A DNA stretch of 64,000 nt from Candidatus Bathyarchaeota archaeon (GTDB taxonomy: Archaea > Thermoproteota > Bathyarchaeia > Bathyarchaeales > WUQV01). The notes below the pieces were generated by a model. The model made no database searches. It had not been told where the DNA came from and worked only from the letters and a program-made list of their open reading frames with translations. Shown here one piece after another: positions 54,283 to 63,801 of the stretch (within the stretch, counting starts at the first letter, position 1; the number at the start of each line of letters is the position of its first letter). The position numbers and the translations under genes were made by a program. The stretch is taken from positions 50,938 to 114,937 of the forward strand of contig JAGGVF010000006.1 of the NCBI GenBank assembly GCA_021158125.1, read 5' to 3'.

Positions 54283-55476
54283 TTGATGTTGGAGCAAAAA
54301 TTAAGAAAGGCCAAAAGAGTGGAGAAACTTAAAATTTCGGAAATTAGACGCTTTTTCGCTGCAGCAAGGCTTTATCCAGACGCAATTAACTTAGGAATAG
54401 GCGAACCTGACTTTACTTCACCAAAAAACGTTATAAAAGCAGCGGAAAAGGCAATGGAAGAAGGAAAAACTCATTATACCCCTACAAATGGAATTCCGGA
54501 GCTTTTAGAGGCAATAGCCGAAAAGACACGGGGAGATTACAACCTTAACTATAATCCTGAAACCGAAATTCTAGTAACAGCCGGAGCAGTCGAAGCCGTT
54601 TTCCTTGCCTTAATGGCTACTATAAATCCCGGCGATGAAGTGCTCATCCCTGATCCCGGATTTGTTGTTTATCAGCCTATAGTTGAACTGGCTGAGGGGG
54701 TTCCAGTATCAATACCCTTGAGGGAAGAGAACGGTTTCAGGTTTAACGCCGATACTGTGAGGTCACTAATCACAGAGAAGTCACGGGTTCTACTATTAAA
54801 TTCGCCCCATAACCCTACTGGTTCTGTTCTTTCCTATGAGGATTTGAGTTCGATAGCGAAGCTTGCTGTTGAGCATGATTTGATTGTGATTTCTGACGAG
54901 GTTTATGAGAAAATCACATATGATGGTGTTCGGCATTACTGTGCTGCTTCCTTCCCCGGGATGCGTGAAAGAACGGTTGTGGTGAATTCCTTTTCGAAAA
55001 CTTATGCTATGACTGGTTTTAGGATAGGTTTTGCTGTTGGGCCTGAAGACATTATTTCGGCTATGATTTTGATTCATCAATATGCTGTTACTTGTGTTAA
55101 TGGTCCAACGCAGTATGCAGCCTTGGAGGCTCTCACTGGTCCTCAAGACTTCGTTGTTGAGATGGTTCGGGAGTTTGATAGGAGAAGAAGGCTTGTTTGT
55201 AAGCGGATTAATGAAATAGAAGGGCTTAGCTGCATAACTCCAAAGGGCGCCTTCTACGTGTTTCCTAACATTAAGGCTTTTGGCATGTCATCTAAAGACT
55301 TCGCGCAGTTTCTACTTAAGGAAGCAAGGGTTGTCACTGTTCCTGGCTCCGGATTTGGAAAATATGGAGAGGGCTATCTCAGGCTTTCTTATGCTACCTC
55401 ATACGAGCAACTTGAGGAAGCCATGAATAGAATTGAAAAGGCTGTAAAGAAATTAAAGAAGCCGGGCAGTTTCTAG
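54283..55476 (+). CDS. class I/II PLP-dependent aminotransferase (aspartate aminotransferase-like)
   Basis: LGIGEPDF, NSPHNPTG, SDEVYE, SFSKTYAMTGFRIG (PLP Lys). Confidence 0.9.
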   Translation: MMLEQKLRKAKRVEKLKISEIRRFFAAARLYPDAINLGIGEPDFTSPKNVIKAAEKAMEEGKTHYTPTNGIPELLEAIAEKTRGDYNLNYNPETEILVTAGAVEAVFLALMATINPGDEVLIPDPGFVVYQPIVELAEGVPVSIPLREENGFRFNADTVRSLITEKSRVLLLNSPHNPTGSVLSYEDLSSIAKLAVEHDLIVISDEVYEKITYDGVRHYCAASFPGMRERTVVVNSFSKTYAMTGFRIGFAVGPEDIISAMILIHQYAVTCVNGPTQYAALEALTGPQDFVVEMVREFDRRRRLVCKRINEIEGLSCITPKGAFYVFPNIKAFGMSSKDFAQFLLKEARVVTVPGSGFGKYGEGYLRLSYATSYEQLEEAMNRIEKAVKKLKKPGSF

Positions 55477-55788
55477 AAGTTTACTTATTTCCTCTTCGAT
55501 TTCTTCTTCCTTCCTTTGGATTTCTAGGAGTTGATGTTTTGCGTAGCCTTCTTTGGCTTTTTCTACTGGTATAACTTTTCTTTCTAACTGTAACGCTTTA
55601 ACTGTGGGATGGGTCTTTATTGTGATGTAGGCTCTTGAAATGTTTGCTATGGTGGCTTCTTGAAGTATAATGGTCTTTTCCTTCAGTTTCATGCATATAC
55701 GTAGATGTTTGTGTCCTTTCGGTGTTCCGATTAAAACTTGTTCTATGTCTTCGTTTCTAATCACGTAGTTCATCACATGTGACCTCAC
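55453..55788 (-). CDS. hypothetical protein
   Basis: ORF downstream of the nitrilase gene. The probable start is the ATG at 55773, after GAGGT. Acidic coiled C-terminus. Confidence 0.45.
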   Translation of the reverse strand: MRSHVMNYVIRNEDIEQVLIGTPKGHKHLRICMKLKEKTIILQEATIANISRAYITIKTHPTVKALQLERKVIPVEKAKEGYAKHQLLEIQRKEEEIEEEISKLLETARLL

Positions 55789-55797
55789 AAATCACAG

Positions 55798-56673
55798 CTA
55801 GAGAGCTTCTGCCATGTCCTTTAGTTTTTGGTAAATTTCTGGTCTTAAATCCCTTATTGTTGGGACAAATGCTGCTACATGTCTTATATCGTCTAAGTCT
55901 ATTTCGCCGACTACGAAGTCTTCTTCGTTGTATTTTGCCTTCTTAATTATGCTTCCACTTGGGCTTATTATGCGGCTTCCTCCCCAAAATTGGAGGCCTT
56001 CCTCTATTCCAACCAAATTAACGTAGATTACAAATGTGTTGTTTTCTATTGCCCTTGCGGCTGTTAATGTTTCAAAAAAGTTTCTTCTTACTGCCGGAGA
56101 AGCGGATATACAAACTATTATTTGGGCTCCTTTAAGCTTTAGCGCCCTGCTGACTTCTGGGAAGAAAACGTCGTAGCATATTGTTAAGCCGATTTTGCCA
56201 AGTTCCGTTTCAAAGACTGGTGTTTCATAGCCCGGTCTGAAATATCTTTTTTCTTCGAAGACGCTGTGGGTTGGTAGGTACATTTTTCGGTATTTTCCAA
56301 TGTATCCTCTTGGTCCAACGAGGACTGCAGTGTTATAAATTACGCTTTCTGCTTTTTCGCTTTTCTCGGGCATTCCGAAAACCATGTATAGTTTGTTTTC
56401 TTTTGCTATTTCAGCGATTTTTTCCACTGATGGGCCTGGAACTGGTTCTGCCAGTTCGTAGAGAAAGTCTCTTACAACGTAGTCGGTTAGGGATAGTTCT
56501 GGGAAAACAACTAGCTTTGCTTTTTCTTTCCTTGCTTTCTCGGCAAATGTTTTCATTTTATTTATGTTCTTGTTTTTGTCAGCTTTGGTGCATGTCATTT
56601 GGGCGAGGGCGACTTTTAATTGGGTCATTAATGTTTTCCTCCTATTTTGTTCTTGGTATGCGGAAATCTGCAC
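55798..56673 (-). CDS. carbon-nitrogen hydrolase (nitrilase superfamily); likely glutaminase partner of NadE
   Basis: Catalytic triad context VVFPELSLTDY (Glu), a conserved Lys region, ICYDVFFPE (Cys). Overlaps nadE by 32 nt. Confidence 0.85.
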   Translation of the reverse strand: MQISAYQEQNRRKTLMTQLKVALAQMTCTKADKNKNINKMKTFAEKARKEKAKLVVFPELSLTDYVVRDFLYELAEPVPGPSVEKIAEIAKENKLYMVFGMPEKSEKAESVIYNTAVLVGPRGYIGKYRKMYLPTHSVFEEKRYFRPGYETPVFETELGKIGLTICYDVFFPEVSRALKLKGAQIIVCISASPAVRRNFFETLTAARAIENNTFVIYVNLVGIEEGLQFWGGSRIISPSGSIIKKAKYNEEDFVVGEIDLDDIRHVAAFVPTIRDLRPEIYQKLKDMAEAL

Positions 56674-57481
56674 CTACTGTGCGGTATTGAAGTTTAACTG
56701 TTAAAGGCATTCTTCTCTTATGTTCGTTTGCTATCCATCTTTCCTTTATTTTATTCACGGTTTCAACCGATAATTCAAGCTGTTCGGCTATTTTCTTTGG
56801 GGGCATGAATCTTTCTAGGCCGTATAGGATTAGGTCTAGAATTTCATATTTTATGCCCAGTTCTTCCTCTGCTAGGTGTCCTGGCCAGAGCGCTGGGGTT
56901 GAGGGTTTCATAGCTATTTCTTTTGGTACTCCTATGTGAAGTGCTAATTTTCTAACTTGGGTTTTGTATAAGTCCATTAGGGGTGATATGTCTGCTGCTA
57001 CGTCTCCCCATTTGGTGAAGTAGCCCATCATTGTTTCTGATTTGTCCGAGCTTCCGACTACTACTCTTTTTTGCGTGTTTGCGTAATAGTAGATGCATAT
57101 CATACGGGTTCTTGCCTTGATGTTTCCCTTGCTTATTTTTTCCTCAGGGTTGAAAGCTGGAATTGAACTGTAGAAGGCCTTTAAAATTTTTGAGATGTCC
57201 ACTGTTTCAGTTTTAAATCCGAATTTTTCTGCTATGAGTTTTGCGTCTTCTATGTCCTTTGGGTTGTAGGTTTCTTCTTCAGGCATTATTAAGCCTAGGA
57301 CTTTGTCTCCGCCTAATGCTAGCGCTGAGATTGCTGCGGCTGTACTGCTGTCTACTCCGCCAGAAATTCCTAAAACAACTCCGTTTGCTGACACTTTCTC
57401 TACGTAATCTTTTATGAATTGTTTAATTCTTTCAGCTGTGGCTTCCCAGTTTAGTTCTAAAACTTGGGGTGTTAGCTTCAA
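56642..57481 (-). CDS. nadE: NAD+ synthetase
   Basis: PP-loop GISGGVDSSTAAA and the NadE C-terminal pattern SDKSETMMGYFTKWGD. Confidence 0.9.
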   Translation of the reverse strand: MKLTPQVLELNWEATAERIKQFIKDYVEKVSANGVVLGISGGVDSSTAAAISALALGGDKVLGLIMPEEETYNPKDIEDAKLIAEKFGFKTETVDISKILKAFYSSIPAFNPEEKISKGNIKARTRMICIYYYANTQKRVVVGSSDKSETMMGYFTKWGDVAADISPLMDLYKTQVRKLALHIGVPKEIAMKPSTPALWPGHLAEEELGIKYEILDLILYGLERFMPPKKIAEQLELSVETVNKIKERWIANEHKRRMPLTVKLQYRTVGADFRIPRTK

Positions 57482-57574
57482 TTTTATTCACCTTTTGCCT
57501 TGTTGAGTCAAATATTTAAGGGATAACGGCAAACTTGAACTATTGAGTTAGGAAGAGTATATGAGGATTTCCCT

Positions 57575-57817
57575 ATGGGACGTAGACGTAGAAAAGTCAT
57601 TCGCATTCCAAAGAAGAAGCTTCCGAGAATATTTACTTGTCCAAACTGTGGAAAGATGGCTGTTAGAGTTGAAATTTTTAAAGATGATGGACGCGCCGTT
57701 GTTAGGTGCGGAAACTGCGGCTTGACAGATGAATTTCCAATAAAACCAGCCTTTCAGGAAGTTGATGTGTACTGCCTTTTCACTGATAGATTCTATGCGA
57801 AAGCCGCAAGTAGGTAA
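57575..57817 (+). CDS. elf1: Elf1-like transcription elongation factor (zinc ribbon)
   Basis: MGRRRRK... FTCPNCGK...VRCGNCG...[10 protein letters not shown] parallels eukaryotic Elf1 (CxxC...CxxC...DVY). Confidence 0.75.
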   Translation: MGRRRRKVIRIPKKKLPRIFTCPNCGKMAVRVEIFKDDGRAVVRCGNCGLTDEFPIKPAFQEVDVYCLFTDRFYAKAASR

Positions 57818-57823
57818 CATGCT

Positions 57824-58594
57824 ATGACTGGAAAAGTTGAACAATATCTACTGAGTCAGATTCAAGAAGAGGGAGCCATACATATAACTCTAATAGACCC
57901 TGAAAAGGTGACGTCTTCAGCTGCCTCAAAAATAGTTAAAGATGCAAGTAAATCAGGGACTTCCGCAATAATGATAGGCGGCTCAACCTTCGTCTCGACA
58001 TCGCATCTTGATAATGTTATAAAGGCGATAAAGAAAGCTACGAAGATTCCAGTAATACTCTTCCCAAATAACATAACCGGAATAAGTCGTTACGCCGATG
58101 CAATATGGTTTATGTCCCTGTTAAATTCCGTTGATCCATACTTTATTATAGGCGCTCACATTCTTGGCGCTCCCCTAGTTAAACGTTTTAATCTTGAGCC
58201 CATACCTATGGGCTATATAATAGTTGGCGAAGGTGGAACAGCCGGAGTTATTGGTAGGGCTGCACCCATTCCTTATGATAAACCGGAACTTGCTGCTGCT
58301 CATGCGTTGGCTGCTCAATATTTGGGTATGCGCTTTATCTATTTGGAAGCAGGCTCTGGAGCTAAGCTTCCGGTTCCTCCATCAATGATTTCTGCTGTTC
58401 GAAAAGTAGTTAACATTCCATTGATTGTTGGTGGGGGAATAAGGTCTGCTGACCATGCAAGGATAGCTGTTAGCGCTGGGGCAGACATAATTGTTACTGG
58501 AAATTTAGTTGAAGGCGCCGACGTTAAAGGTAGAGTTAGTGAAATTATTGACGGAATTAAGGCTGGAGTGAAAGCTAAAAATGACATGTTTTGA
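57824..58594 (+). CDS. geranylgeranylglyceryl phosphate synthase (PcrB/GGGPS family)
   Basis: IMIGGS, ILFPNN, YLEAGSGA, LIVGGGIRS and IVTGN are TIM-barrel motifs of GGGPS. Confidence 0.9.
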   Translation: MTGKVEQYLLSQIQEEGAIHITLIDPEKVTSSAASKIVKDASKSGTSAIMIGGSTFVSTSHLDNVIKAIKKATKIPVILFPNNITGISRYADAIWFMSLLNSVDPYFIIGAHILGAPLVKRFNLEPIPMGYIIVGEGGTAGVIGRAAPIPYDKPELAAAHALAAQYLGMRFIYLEAGSGAKLPVPPSMISAVRKVVNIPLIVGGGIRSADHARIAVSAGADIIVTGNLVEGADVKGRVSEIIDGIKAGVKAKNDMF

Positions 58595-58892
58595 AAGATT
58601 TTTCGAAGCTTTAAAGAAGGCCCTTGCTAGAGAAGACTTATATGAGATTTGGCCCGACTTCACGCCTGAATATGATGAAAAGGAATTTGCATGGACAACC
58701 TTGCGGGGGCTCGGCGAAGTTTTAATTTTAAATTGTGGAACATGTGACGGGCCTTCCGACCTTAGACATCCCAGATGCAAAGAATGCGCTGATAAACGTT
58801 CACAAACTGCAAAAGAAGCCTATCAAAAGGCTACTGGAAGGCCAAAGGAAAAATGGCCAGTCATAATTCTCGGCAGAATCTACACTGAATAA
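58581..58892 (+). CDS. hypothetical Cys-containing protein
   Basis: 103-codon ORF overlapping the GGGPS stop. Contains CGTCDG...CKEC. Confidence 0.4.
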   Translation: MTCFERFFEALKKALAREDLYEIWPDFTPEYDEKEFAWTTLRGLGEVLILNCGTCDGPSDLRHPRCKECADKRSQTAKEAYQKATGRPKEKWPVIILGRIYTE

Positions 58893-58968
58893 ATTCATAA
58901 TTGACTTTTTCATGTTGAAAACTGAAATATTCCCATGGTTACGGTTCAGTTAAGATAGGAGAGCTACT

Positions 58969-61900
58969 TTGAACTCTGAAGAGATGAGTGAAGCCTATAG
59001 ACAATACGTTGTTAACTTGGAAAATGAACTGGAAAAACTACGTAAAATAGCTGAAAAAGCCAGAGAAAAAGGGTTAGACCCTTCTACTAAGCCTGAATGC
59101 GACATTGCAAAAGATCTAGCCGGTCTAGTAGAAGGTTTGGTCGGTCCTCCTGGGGTTGCTGAAAGCATTAGGAGCTTAAGCGAGAGGCTTCCAAGGGAAG
59201 AAATTGCCTTCAAGGTTGCCGAAGAAATAGTTTATGGCAAGTTTGGTCATATGGAGCCTAAAGAAGCGGCAGAACAAGCAGTTAGAACTGCTCTTGCAAT
59301 TTTAACTGAGGGCATTACTGCCGCTCCCTTACAAGGGGTTGCCAAAGTTGAGATAAAAGATAATTTTGATCATACAAAGTATTTGGCAATATATTTTGCT
59401 GGGCCCATACGTTCTGCCGGCGGAACTGAACAGGCCTTGACGCTTGTTATAGGAGACTTTATTAGAAAGCTTTTGGGGCTTGACCGTTACAAGCCTACAG
59501 AAGAGGAGATAGCTCGTTTCATTGAAGAAGTTAGACTTTTTGAACGTTCGGTTGCTCGTTTTCAATATCACGTTTCAGATGAACAGCTACGTGAGGCCCT
59601 ACAACGCATTCCAGTTGAAGTTACAGGAACGGAATCAGACCCAATAGAGGTTTCATCTTATAGAAATTTGCCTAGAATTGAGACGAACAGACTGCGAGGT
59701 GGGGCCCTAAGGGTGGTGAACGACGGCATAGTGGGAAGGGCAGCGAAAGTATGGGCCATAGTTGAAAAGCTTGGAATTGAAGGTTGGGACTGGCTGAAGA
59801 CTGTAGGAGAGACAAAAAAGGAAAAGTCAACCGGCTTTCTAGATGATGTAATCGCCGGAAGACCCATCTTCGCTTTCCCATCTAGGTCGGGAGGGTTTCG
59901 TTTAAGGTATGGTAGGGCGAGAAACACTGGAATAGCCGCTGTTGGGATTCATCCAGCTACCATGCTGGTTTTACAGGGCTTCCTAGCCGCTGGGACTCAG
60001 CTACGTTTAGAGTTGCCAGGTAAGGGCGGAATTGTTCTTCCAGTTGATAGTATTGAGCCTCCGGTTGTTCGTCTAAGAGATGGCTCAGTTGTGCGGGTTA
60101 CGCTTGAAAATTACTCTAAAATTAGAGATTTAATAGATAAGGTGCTTTTCCTCGGGGATATCCTCATAAGTTATGGGGATTTCCTCTATAATAATAAGCC
60201 GTTGGCGGCTGCCGGCTACTGCGAGGAATGGTGGAGCAAAGAACTTAAAAGGGCAATAGACAAGGAGTTTGATGGCAATTTAGAGGCAGCTGCGGAGAAA
60301 TCTGGCGTTTCTCTTGAACGGCTTAAAGCTTTCATTGAAAATCCGTTTGACAATAAGCCTAATGCTAAAGAAGCCTTGGCCATTTCCCTAAAGCTTAACG
60401 TTCCTCTTCATCCTTGCTTTACCTATTTTTGGAGCATTCTTCCATTGTGGGTTTTTAAACGCTTGCGTAAATGGGTTTTAGAAGCCGAGAAAAATGTTGT
60501 AGAAGGCCTAGTAATTCGAATTTCCGGCATGAACGATGAGTTGGTTAAGAAGGCTCTTGAAAGAATGTGTGTTCCGCATAGGCTTGTTGACGGTAAAATA
60601 ATTGTTGAGGGTGATGATGCCTCCATACTTGCCTTCTGTGTTGCGTGGCACCTTTCAGAAGCAAAAATTCCGGAAGGACGTTCTGTTCTGGAAGTCATAA
60701 GGGAACTAAGCGGAGTTGTTGTTAGGGAGAAGGCGGCAACTCTTGTTGGGGCTAGGATGGGACGGCCTGAAAAGGCGAAGCGGAGGGAAATGAAGCCTCT
60801 TGTTCATGTTCTGTTTCCGGTTGGGCTTGCCGGCGGTTCTCAACGTGATCTAGTTGTTGCAGCTGGAAAAGAGCATGTTTGGGTTGAAATTGTTAGAAAG
60901 CGTTGCCCAAACTGCGGTGAAAGCTTCTTTTTCTATTCTAAATGTCCGAACTGTGGAGCCGAATTGAAACTGGAGAAAATTTGCCCAATTTGCGGGCGAA
61001 CTTTAAACGTAGACTTTTGTCCTACATGTAATGTTCAGACTAGAAGTTATGTTCGTCAAGCAGTTAATGTTAGGGCCTTACTAGAAGAAGCCTGCAGAAA
61101 GCTTAACGTTCCATTCCCTGAAATTGTGAAGGGTGTAAAGGGCTTAACAAACGAGTCGAAAATGCCTGAAATAATTGAGAAGGGAATTTTAAGGGCGAAA
61201 TATGACCTTTCAGTCTTTAAGGATGGAACTGTTCGTTTTGACGCTACGAACGCTCCTTTAACCCACTTTAAACCTTCCGAGATAGGCGTTAATGTTGAAA
61301 GGCTTAGGAAACTTGGATACACCCATGACATAAACGGCGAACCGTTAACTAGGCCTGACCAAATTTGCGAGTTAAAGCTTCAAGATGTGATTATTCCGCT
61401 TAGCTGCGCCCAATACTTCGTTAGAGTCGCCAATTTTATAGATGAGTTGCTAGAGAAAGTGTATGGGCTTCCACGGTACTATAATGTGAAGAAAGTGGAG
61501 GACCTAGTCGGCCACTTAGTTATAGGCTTAGCCCCGCATACCTCAGTTGGCATTTTAGGGCGAATAATAGGTTTTACGCCGCTGAGTCTCTGTTATGCTC
61601 ATCCGATGTGGCATTCAGCTAAAAGAAGGGACTGCGACGGCGATGAAGACGCCCTAATACTAGCCTTAGACGTCTTACTCAACTTTTCAAGAGAATATCT
61701 TCCCGCACAGATAGGCGGAATAATGGACGCTCCGTTGCTGATCAATCCGTTTGTAAATCCACGTGAGGTTCAACGTCAAGCTCAGCTCATGGACATCGAT
61801 AAAAGTTACCCGCTGGAATTTTATGAGAAAACTCTAGAAGGCGTGCAATCAAAGGAAGTTTCCAACTTAATTGACTTAGTTGCGGATAGACTTGGTACTC

Positions 61901-62385
61901 CAGCCCAGTTTGAAGGTTTCGGTTACACGGTTCCGGTTTCGAATGTTAACTTGGGTAATCGTGAAAGCTCCTATAAGCGGTTTAAACGTATGATAGACAA
62001 GCTTAACAGTCAACTGGAGTTGGCTGAAAAAATTAGGGCTGTTAACGCTAGAATAGTTGCAAGAAAAGTTTTAACCACCCATTTTCTACGTGACATTGCC
62101 GGAAATCTCCGTGCGTTTTCAACTCAGGGATTTAGATGTAAGTCATGTAATAAGCGCTTTAGAAGACCTCCGTTGAAGGGCAAGTGTCCAGAATGCGGGG
62201 GGCCTATAACATTGACTGTTTATCGTGGGGGAATCGAAAAGTACTTGGAGGCTGCAAAATATCTGGTTAAAAAGTATAATTTGCCAAATTACTTTGCTCA
62301 GCGGATAGCCCTAATTGAAAATGAGATTAACTACTTGTTTGAAGGAAAGGGGCCCAAGCAAGTAAGCCTAACCGATTTTGCCTAA
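58969..62385 (+). CDS. DNA polymerase II (PolD) large subunit DP2
   Basis: 1138 aa. Conserved PolD blocks FAGPIRSAGGTEQA, GRPIFAFPSRSGGFRLRYGRARNTG, multiple Cys4 zinc modules, CDGDED catalytic-centre motif. No intein-sized insertion evident. Confidence 0.95.
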   Translation: MNSEEMSEAYRQYVVNLENELEKLRKIAEKAREKGLDPSTKPECDIAKDLAGLVEGLVGPPGVAESIRSLSERLPREEIAFKVAEEIVYGKFGHMEPKEAAEQAVRTALAILTEGITAAPLQGVAKVEIKDNFDHTKYLAIYFAGPIRSAGGTEQALTLVIGDFIRKLLGLDRYKPTEEEIARFIEEVRLFERSVARFQYHVSDEQLREALQRIPVEVTGTESDPIEVSSYRNLPRIETNRLRGGALRVVNDGIVGRAAKVWAIVEKLGIEGWDWLKTVGETKKEKSTGFLDDVIAGRPIFAFPSRSGGFRLRYGRARNTGIAAVGIHPATMLVLQGFLAAGTQLRLELPGKGGIVLPVDSIEPPVVRLRDGSVVRVTLENYSKIRDLIDKVLFLGDILISYGDFLYNNKPLAAAGYCEEWWSKELKRAIDKEFDGNLEAAAEKSGVSLERLKAFIENPFDNKPNAKEALAISLKLNVPLHPCFTYFWSILPLWVFKRLRKWVLEAEKNVVEGLVIRISGMNDELVKKALERMCVPHRLVDGKIIVEGDDASILAFCVAWHLSEAKIPEGRSVLEVIRELSGVVVREKAATLVGARMGRPEKAKRREMKPLVHVLFPVGLAGGSQRDLVVAAGKEHVWVEIVRKRCPNCGESFFFYSKCPNCGAELKLEKICPICGRTLNVDFCPTCNVQTRSYVRQAVNVRALLEEACRKLNVPFPEIVKGVKGLTNESKMPEIIEKGILRAKYDLSVFKDGTVRFDATNAPLTHFKPSEIGVNVERLRKLGYTHDINGEPLTRPDQICELKLQDVIIPLSCAQYFVRVANFIDELLEKVYGLPRYYNVKKVEDLVGHLVIGLAPHTSVGILGRIIGFTPLSLCYAHPMWHSAKRRDCDGDEDALILALDVLLNFSREYLPAQIGGIMDAPLLINPFVNPREVQRQAQLMDIDKSYPLEFYEKTLEGVQSKEVSNLIDLVADRLGTPAQFEGFGYTVPVSNVNLGNRESSYKRFKRMIDKLNSQLELAEKIRAVNARIVARKVLTTHFLRDIAGNLRAFSTQGFRCKSCNKRFRRPPLKGKCPECGGPITLTVYRGGIEKYLEAAKYLVKKYNLPNYFAQRIALIENEINYLFEGKGPKQVSLTDFA

Positions 62386-62435
62386 AACTGCATTAAACTT
62401 TTTTACCTTAAAGGATAGAAGATAATTGGAAAGTT

Positions 62436-62717
62436 ATGACAGAAAGAATTGTTTTTCATCCTAAGGCGTTTCTCTCTCACAGAAGAAACGTCAAGTTCGG
62501 AGTTTCCTCAAGAAGTAGAATAATTGAAGTTTTAGAACGTGAACCTGCAAGCGCCAAAACTATTGCCAATAAAACTGGACTTAGCTATTCCAATGTTATG
62601 CATCATCTGCGGCTCTTAGAAGAGGAGAAAATCGTTAAACGTGAGGGAGAAAAACCTTACGTTTGGAGGCTTACAGGCGCAGGACAACTACGCCTAACAG
62701 AGATAACTGTTCAATAA
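62436..62717 (+). CDS. ArsR-family wHTH regulator
   Basis: RSRIIEVLEREPASAKTIANKTGLSYSNVMHHLRLLEEEKIVKRE. Confidence 0.7.
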   Translation: MTERIVFHPKAFLSHRRNVKFGVSSRSRIIEVLEREPASAKTIANKTGLSYSNVMHHLRLLEEEKIVKREGEKPYVWRLTGAGQLRLTEITVQ

Positions 62718-62855
62718 CTTTAGATAATGAATAAAGTTCAAGATTAGATTATAATTATGAAGATAATTTGAATTCTATTCAGACTTTGACTAAAATTTTA
62801 AATATTAATTCGACCTCAACTTTAAGCCTACTCAATATATATAAGGTGAATAAGG

Positions 62856-63215
62856 GTGACTTCTTCAATTAGAAGAGTTGCCCGAAACCTCAAAAAGCGT
62901 GTTCTTACAGATTATATGGACCTGATTATCCTCTCGTTGATGAGTAATGGCCATGAGGCAATTGGGGGCTATGACATAATCAGGTATTTACATAAGCATT
63001 TCCGTTTTCTGCCAAGTCCAGGAACGGTTTATTCGCAACTCTATTCCTTGGAGAGGAAAGGGCTAATAAAGAATGTGGGAAATGAGCGAAAAAGAACTTA
63101 CACTTTATCTGAGAAGGGGCGCAAATATTTTCAAATGATACAGAGTTGCAAAGAGTATATTCAAATGATACTTAACGACGTTATCTTCAAAAACGGATTC
63201 AAGCCTTCTCAATAA
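62856..63215 (+). CDS. PadR-family transcriptional regulator
   Basis: LIILSLMSNGHEAIGGYDIIRYL...PSPGTVYSQLYSLERKGLIK...RKRTYTLSEKGRKYF. Confidence 0.8.
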   Translation: MTSSIRRVARNLKKRVLTDYMDLIILSLMSNGHEAIGGYDIIRYLHKHFRFLPSPGTVYSQLYSLERKGLIKNVGNERKRTYTLSEKGRKYFQMIQSCKEYIQMILNDVIFKNGFKPSQ

Positions 63216-63360
63216 CAGTGACTTTCTCTACGTCCTTCATCCACGGAATCTTCGGTGGCGGCGTAGAGAGGGCTCTGAATATTTCTTTCTCTAATTCATT
63301 GTTGCTTTTACCTTCGCTTTCTTTCACCAGTGATATTACAATTATGGCTTCCTTAGCCAT
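63199..63360 (-). CDS. small hypothetical protein
   Basis: 53 codons (MAKEAIIVISLVKESEGKSNNELEKEIFRALSTPPPKIPWMKDVEKVTVIEKA). Convergent 17-nt overlap with padR. Below the track cutoff. Confidence 0.3.
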   Translation of the reverse strand: MAKEAIIVISLVKESEGKSNNELEKEIFRALSTPPPKIPWMKDVEKVTVIEKA

Positions 63361-63453
63361 ACGTCAACCTCATCCATTTTAAAACGCATAAACCAACTCA
63401 GCTTTAAACTTTGCTGTATTTCGATTATAGAAGAATTCTCTTTTTTTAGAGGT

Positions 63454-63741
63454 TTAGAATGTGCATTTGCATGGTTTTTGTCCGCATTTTGGACATTTAT
63501 AATCATACTTTTTCAATGCAGCCTTCTCTAGGTCCACGCCGACAACATTCGCCAAAGAAGCAAGCCAAGCAATAACATCGGCAAATTCCTCTTCAAGATT
63601 TTCTCTATCGTTACTTTTCAAGGCTTCGCCAAGCTCTTTAACCTCATCAACAAGCCAATTATAAGTTCCATCCGCACCACGCCTAGAATCACGATGAAAA
63701 TAAATCTCTTTCATCAAATTTTGAAACTCACTTATGTGCAT
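63454..63741 (-). CDS. mazG: MazG-like nucleotide pyrophosphohydrolase with C-terminal Cys cluster
   Basis: WLVDEVKELGEAL...EEEFADVIAWLASLANVVGVDLEKA (ExxE...ExxD MazG core), then CPKCGQKPCKC. Confidence 0.8.
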   Translation of the reverse strand: MHISEFQNLMKEIYFHRDSRRGADGTYNWLVDEVKELGEALKSNDRENLEEEFADVIAWLASLANVVGVDLEKAALKKYDYKCPKCGQKPCKCTF

Positions 63742-63801
63742 GGCTTCATCCCTTGCATGCTTGATTAAGCATCATTTAGCCTCTTAAGATTTGGGTCAAC
63801 A

